Shown here: one piece after another, positions 60,170-64,000 of the stretch
Layout of the letters: each line of letters opens with the position of its first letter
How positions within the stretch are numbered: position 1 is the stretch's first letter
Assembly: GCA_011109175.1 (NCBI GenBank)
Contig: RDEW01000005.1
Span: 496,001-560,000 of the forward strand
Reading direction: 5' to 3'
Length of the DNA: 64,000 nucleotides
From: Dicyema japonicum
Taxonomy: Eukaryota; Animalia; Dicyemida
Translations under genes and position numbers: made by a program
Notes under the pieces: generated by a model
Seen by the model: the letters and a program-made list of their open reading frames with translations, nothing else
Told to the model about the DNA's origin: nothing
Database searches by the model: none

Positions 60170-62270
60170 GGTCCACCAATTCAACTTCAAAAGGTCAACC
60201 CAACAGGCCGACACGAGAGGGAAGCTATTGTTATTGAAATCGGACTCCCTAACGATACTGAACGATCCAGCGAAAAATACAAGGACCCCACTAGAGAGAC
60301 GGATCGGCTTACCTCACCGGATGTAACATTCTGCTCATTGTCGCTTTCATCAAAAATTGATTGGTCAGTCCTCTACGAAACAAGAAGCGACCATAATCCA
60401 ATTGTGATGAAGGTCATGAGAGAAGTCAGAGTGAGGAGAACACCTGCTAGTTAAAACTACAAAACTACTAATTGGGAATTGTATCGCGCAATCTCTGATG
60501 ATAGACTGAAGAATTGTTACTTTGTCAGCTTCAAATCGCTAGAAAAAGTGATCAAATACTTTACTTGCACAATCCTAGAAGCAAGATCATTGGCAATTCC
60601 CAAGCATCGTCTAAACTCCTCTAATGGTGGAGGGAAGTCGGCATTGATCAAAGAAAGAAATCACCTCAAAAAATCTAATTGGATCACATTAAAAACGAAA
60701 CTCCGGATCAGAGCTCTAAACAACGAAATAAAGGCCAGAGAGTTCAAGGCCCTGAAATTGAAGTGGAATCGGATTCTTACAAAGGTAAATCGCAACCGTA
60801 GTACCGGAGAAGTGTGGAAAGCCATCCGAAATGTTGCAAAGGGAGAAGAAACTTCCCCCGAGGATGACTATACTCAACGAGACGTTAACAATTTGATAAA
60901 ATTCTACACAAAAATTTCGTACAAGAACACAGGAAGTCGGAAGTGCTTCTCTCTTCATGGAGAAAACTGAAGAAGGATTCTAACCCAGTTTACTTCTCGG
61001 ATGAAGACGTGAAGAATGCGCTGCGTTTTACAAGAACAACGTACTCTGCCGGTCCCGACAACATTCCAGTAGTGTTATTGAAGAACCTTGGAGATATTGG
61101 AGTCGGTTTTCTAACGTCGGTGTATAACTATTCAATTAATTGTAATGTAATACCGTTGTTATGGAAGCAAGCCAACATCCGACCTATACTGAAACCTGGA
61201 AAACCTAAGGAAGGTCCGGCATCATTTAGACCTGTGTCATTGTTATGTTCCGTATCGAAAATCCTGGAGAGATTTGTGCTTGGGAAAATCAAGGCTTTCT
61301 TACCAGAAAAGAATTTTCAACGTGGATTCAAGAGCGATTGATCTAAATTAACGTACCTACAGAAATTAACCAACTTCATTAAAGAAAAATTTTCAAACAA
61401 ACCAAGGCATTTGAAAAAGTCTTATGTTCCATTGATATTAACAATGCCTTTGATTCTATTTCGAGAAAAATATTATCAAAGAAAATTTTCCAGTCCGAGA
61501 TCCCGGGGAAGCTTAAACATTGGATAACAAATTTCTTAAGTGGATGAAGGGGACGTGTATGCCTCGGAGGACTGAAATCAATCTCACGTCTTCTCCCAAA
61601 CGGTGTCCCCCAAGGATCTCCTTTATCCTCCGCCTTATTCAATTTATACCTGGCAGACCTCCCGACACCGGAATCCAATAACGATGTTCTACTCACATGT
61701 GCGGACGACATTGTTTTGGCCTCTCATGATCGGGATATCCAAAATGCTACAGAAAGATTACAAATTAACCTGGACCGACTCAACGACTAGGTAATGAAGA
61801 ACCGACTAACGATAAATTTCAGAAAGTCGGTCACGTCTATGTTTACTTCGGACAAAAGGCTGGGGAAGATGACTGTCAAGTTAAAATTGGACAACGTTGA
61901 AATCCCCTTCACCAAATGTCAGAAGATCCTGGGCGTGACACTGAATACACACCTATGTTTGTCACCACACGTGGCAAACATTGTCCTGAAGTGCGAGAAG
62001 AGGATCAATGTATTAAAATGTTTATCTGGAATATGGAAGACTGGTACCCACCCGGTCTTGATGAACATTTACAAGCAATACATCGAACCATGCTTCTCGT
62101 ACGCGTGTGCTTCGTGGGGACCTTCATTATCATGGACGACACTAAGAAGATTGAGGACGTTCAAAAGAAGGCTTTCAGAATGACGGAGCGGTGGTCTTTT
62201 GGCGGAGCGCATCGGGATCAGGTGATAGTTAGTTTTGGTTTTACCGTGGTCTTGGGTGTAAAATAAATAA
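60170..62270 (+). mobile_element. 5'-truncated GIT-type LINE (end of APE, linker, RT, C-terminus)
   Basis: PDVTFCS, SDHNPIV, AGPDNIP, LKPGKPKEGPASFRPVSLLC, PNGVPQGSPLSP, QKILGVTL and YACASWG, with a TAAA tail. Confidence 0.88.
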
Positions 62271-62389
62271 TCTTAGGTAATAATTATTATGAGTAAAAGT
62301 ATTTTATAAAAGATTTACACCAATTTTTGCTGGCATACCATAATTTTTGACAATAAAATTAAAAAGCTAACCCACATCAAGTTGTCCTG

Positions 62390-63255
62390 ATGCCTAGTAA
62401 AGTTACCATAAAAACTACTGAAGAGTACAACATTATAAAATGCATGCTGGAAGGACAAGACCTGAATCTATCAGCAACTCGGATGTGTAGAAAAGCTTTT
62501 TATAATTTAATTAAAATTTTAGGAGGAATAAGCAGGAATTTAATATTATCGTCGTATACTCGCATGTTCCGGAATTTGCTCCTTAACAGGTATGGGGTCG
62601 TATGTACGCATGTTCCGGAATTTGCTCCTTAACAGGTATGGGGTCGTATGTACGCACGTTCCGGAATTTGCTTCCATATTCCCCGTATACCTAACATGAA
62701 GTGTGGAAAAATATTTATTATATGTTATTTATAGGCGAGTTGTCTTTGACCGATTCCAAAGAGTATCATGGTATTCCTGGATTTAACACTGTTGTGGAAT
62801 CAGATGTTCAGGAATATCCAAAAAGTTTTAATATGGATGAATTGGAAGTTGTAGAAAATCCCGACATTTATAATAAATATCATGTTATGGACGTAATCGC
62901 CCAGTGTTGTGCCGTGGATGCACACACCTTGCAAGATAGTATCGTTGTTCTGTAACATTCGTATATAAGAACGAGGGTAAAGTTTAATCCTATGAACGTC
63001 TTTTGACCAGGTAGAACGCTCATAACCGCGGCCTGTCAACTTGACGCCATCGACAGAAATCCACTGCTTTTCCCTGGTGATCTTATTTTAATGATACGGT
63101 CGGTCCCCAATGTCGTCGACTGTGTAACAATCTTTTGTGCGGTGTAACGTTTGACCGTGCCTGGCCTAGAATGACGCGATGGCTCTTTCAGAACATTGGG
63201 CTATCGATATTGGGGGATGACTCCTATTGTGTGTTCAATGCTTCCAACCCATAAT
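62390..63255 (+). pseudogene. Degraded RPA70-like tandem OB-fold sequence (host paralogue or Helitron-type cargo)
   Basis: Across frames: KVTIK..., LSAT...FYNLI, KCGKIFII, GELS...Y..., P..FN...EN...MDVI and LSI....NP. These follow the order of remembered RPA1 DBD-A/B motifs, but similarity is weak. Confidence 0.38.
62551..62675. repeat. 46-nt tandem repeat, about 2.7 units
   Basis: Units start at 62551, 62597 and 62643 (gtcgtat..cgcatgttccggaatttgctccttaacaggtatggg). Confidence 0.92.
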
Positions 63256-63339
63256 GTAGATTTTGACATAACAACCAACCATATTTTTATTTTAATAAAT
63301 TTTACAAAATAAAGAAGAAAATAATAAAATATTAACATT

Positions 63340-63665
63340 AAGTATGTCGTCATTGGACAAAATCATCTCCTTACATGAGAAGACTTTACGCCTTTTACCG
63401 AGTCAAACGGATCCTACACTACTCTACCGAAGAGACCTCAATACTAAGCGGATTCTTCCGATTCTACCAAGGACAAGGAAATCCACTATGTTCATCCGTG
63501 TCACGATCAGAAAATGGGTGATCCTCCCTCAGAAATCCGTCTCCATCGATTTCCTGTATAGGCACGAGCGCAGACACTTCCGTTATATAGTAGGTCCATA
63601 GATGAGTACAATATTTAAATAGAAAGGGTGATAAAGGGAACCAGATCATCTAATTAGTTCAGTCA
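63340..63665 (+). mobile_element. 3' end of a GIT-type LINE
   Basis: SLDKIISLHEKTLRLL thumb-like segment; ends gatcatctaattagtt. Confidence 0.5.
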
Positions 63666-64000
63666 CTGCTTCTCCCTCTCGATGTTTCATTGAGTTGTAT
63701 GAATAAAACAACTCCCAAATGGTCAAGTTCATAAGTTACCGGTCCTATATTGATGGAGTAGGTGATATTAATATCTCCAATAATGGAACACGCTGACTGT
63801 CCAGGATGCACAGAGATCTTCGGGATTGATTATTTCCTAAAAATTCATTTCCAAGTTCATGAAAAATTTGAAATTTAAGATTAGTAATAGTCAACTGTCT
63901 CGGAAACTTGAATACAAGATCATATGTGAGAGCTAATTAATCTGAAGTGTCCTTAATTTTTTAATAGATATTTTAAGTGCCATTAAATGTCCATATCAAT

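Overview
AT-rich nuclear DNA of an animal with extremely short spliceosomal introns. More than 40 GT-AG introns of 20-28 nt can be reconstructed by hand. A receptor tyrosine phosphatase indicates a metazoan, and a centriole/cilia gene fits a ciliated, intron-miniaturised parasite such as a dicyemid (inference). The ORF track breaks every host gene into pieces. After splicing, six recognisable genes appear: a KIAA0753/Moonraker-like gene (with an RFX X-box 18 nt upstream of its ATG), a CPVL-type serine carboxypeptidase, PLRG1, a single-domain receptor PTP, PNP and a ZNF800-like gene. There are also two orphan candidates, a degraded RPA70-like segment and a tRNA-Tyr pseudogene. About half of the window is transposon-derived: one intact RTE ORF, many I/Jockey-like APE-RT LINE pieces ending in 'GIT*', about nine CRE-clade fragments, a near-full R4-like REL element, Ginger2, Tc1 and pogo remnants, and at least 17 copies of modular tRNA-headed SINEs. 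I cannot establish a wholly new biological system from sequence alone. The best leads are the modular SINE/LINE partnership, a stem-loop at the same position in divergent CRE ORF ends, and micro-intron multiplication by exon duplication in the PTP stalk. Also notable are an inverted repeat covering a PLRG1 splice acceptor and single-base homopolymer frameshifts in otherwise intact genes (probably assembly errors). All protein family assignments come from remembered motifs, not database searches, and transposon boundaries are approximate.
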